Assembly (NCBI GenBank): GCA_004022145.1
Contig: RCNU01000003.1
Strand: one strand, 5' to 3'
Length of the DNA stretch: 64,000 nt
Source: Paecilomyces variotii
Taxonomy: Eukaryota
The position numbers were made by a program, and so were the translations under genes. Position 1 is the stretch's first letter; each line of letters begins with the position of its first letter. Shown piece after piece: positions 62,630 through 64,000 of this stretch. The notes below the pieces were generated by a model. It had not been told where the DNA came from. It did no database searches and saw only the letters and a program-made list of their open reading frames with translations.

Positions 62630-64000
62630 CTATGTTCTAGGCACCCGTTTATACACCACGACTGTTGTCCCATCGTTCAGTTTCTCGTGCTGGGGAACAA
62701 GTTTATACTTCCCAATCCATGGCAACAGCCTATACCAAACAGCCCAGTAAACAACCGCCGCGACCAACACGCCGATCCCAACCACGGCGTATAACGAATA
62801 CGGTAGAGAAGTATCTCCTTTCCCACCCGGCGGACGGAGGAAAGGAGCAATAAGCTGAAATGCTTGTGCAGCCATGAAGAACGCTGCGATTGGCCACCAC
62901 ACCTTAAAGGGGCGTGGTATTTTGGGTTCCGCCCATCGTAGATAGAACAGACCGAGGACAACGAGGAAGTTAATCACACTTGAAGGATACCCTTCCAGAT
63001 CGAGGATAAAGTCATATGCATCACCGAATGGAATGGCCACGATGACGATGAACGATGGGATGAAGTGCAGTAAGAGACCGGCAGAGGGTGAGCCAAATGG
63101 CCAGTTCGATGCCCAGAAGCGGGGGAATGGGATGACTCCCTCTTTGGCCAGTTCCTGATTCACACGGGCTTGTGCGAATGTGATTGACATGACGTTTCCT
63201 AGGGCAGATATCGCGACAAGGACGCTTTTGCAGCTGTTAGTCCGGAAAAAGGTAGGCGCTGAGGTAAGTGTCTTACATACCTCAATGCGCGTTGTGCAGC
63301 TTTCCCAAACACTTTGAGCATGAAGTAGGCGGCGACGGTTGATCCACTGTTTGCGATCTCCTGAGGTGTCGCGGCAGAGAAATAGGCTACATTGGCGAGC
63401 AGATATAGAACACCACAGATAAGCAGACCCAACGGGCCTGCAATTTTCAAAGTATGAACGGGGTTCTTTACTTCATTCAGGACGTAGGCTGCATTGGACC
63501 ATCTAGGATGAATGTCAGTGGTAAGAACATAGAGAGGCTCAATATGACGAGAAAGCACTCACCCGGCATAGGAATTTAATACTTTAAATAGAGCCGTGGC
63601 GTAGACATTGCCTGAATGCACTGAGCCTGCAAAGGCATTGCGGAAACTCGCATGAGGGTCTTGCACTCGATGGACTCGGCCACTGAGGACTACCCATCCT
63701 GTAACGACGATAAAAAGAAGGGTGATAATCTTAACCGTAGTAATGAAGTTCATCCCACGAACGCCTAACTTTGGCAAGAATGTATGAAGCAAAGTCACGA
63801 AGACAATGACAACAATTGCGATTCCACGCTCTTCCCATTCGCTCGCTTCTCGATCCGCAGCAACCACGATATTGGAGGCGAAAATGATACAACCGGACGC
63901 TATTATTTTGCGTTAGTCGTATTCCACCATTCTCGTTCTGATCGTCGAAGGCAATGCCAGGAAAGATAGCACATACCTGTAAATCCTAATGCGATCGCCT
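62630..64000 (-). CDS. APC-family amino acid permease (high-affinity methionine permease Mup1-like); the 5' end lies beyond the window
   Basis: SYAGWSNAAYVLNEVKNP, ARVNQELAKEGVIPF, PRPFKVW; several GT-AG introns. Confidence 0.88.

Noticed and set aside
62630-64000. Amino acid permease as part of the GH79/PL42 cluster
   Set aside because: Convergent orientation and no functional link to sugar-acid use
1-64000. tRNA, rRNA or CRISPR arrays
   Set aside because: None recognised by eye; tRNAscan-SE and Infernal would be needed to exclude them

Overview
Intron-rich filamentous ascomycete DNA. Gene content, short GT-AG introns with CTRAC branch points and RIP-like TpA-rich patches suggest a Eurotiales genome (inference). 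About 22 protein-coding loci are supported. Most are housekeeping genes: a metallophosphoesterase, flavocytochrome b2, a Rab GTPase, YKT6, SLH1, profilin, GOT1, IES6, DAD4, ARP5, a PAP2/Aur1-like protein, a ComA-like protein, SLA1, YOS9 and a partial amino acid permease. Two accessory stretches interrupt them. The first (about 18.2-28.4 kb) holds a HeLo-like/NACHT NLR gene inside a ~1.1 kb degenerate inverted duplication that includes a dead copy of the NLR's own promoter and 5' end. The second (about 30-32.6 kb) holds an esterase and a truncated APH-kinase relic. The best candidate for an undescribed system is at 55.3-62.4 kb: a secreted GH79 beta-glucuronidase, a divergently transcribed signal-peptide-less BNR_4/PL42-like lyase and a LAC12/CDT-type sugar porter. 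Together they read as a fungal release-import-cleave locus for rhamnosyl-glucuronate caps of arabinogalactan-proteins/gum arabic. All exon boundaries were read by eye and no database search was run.
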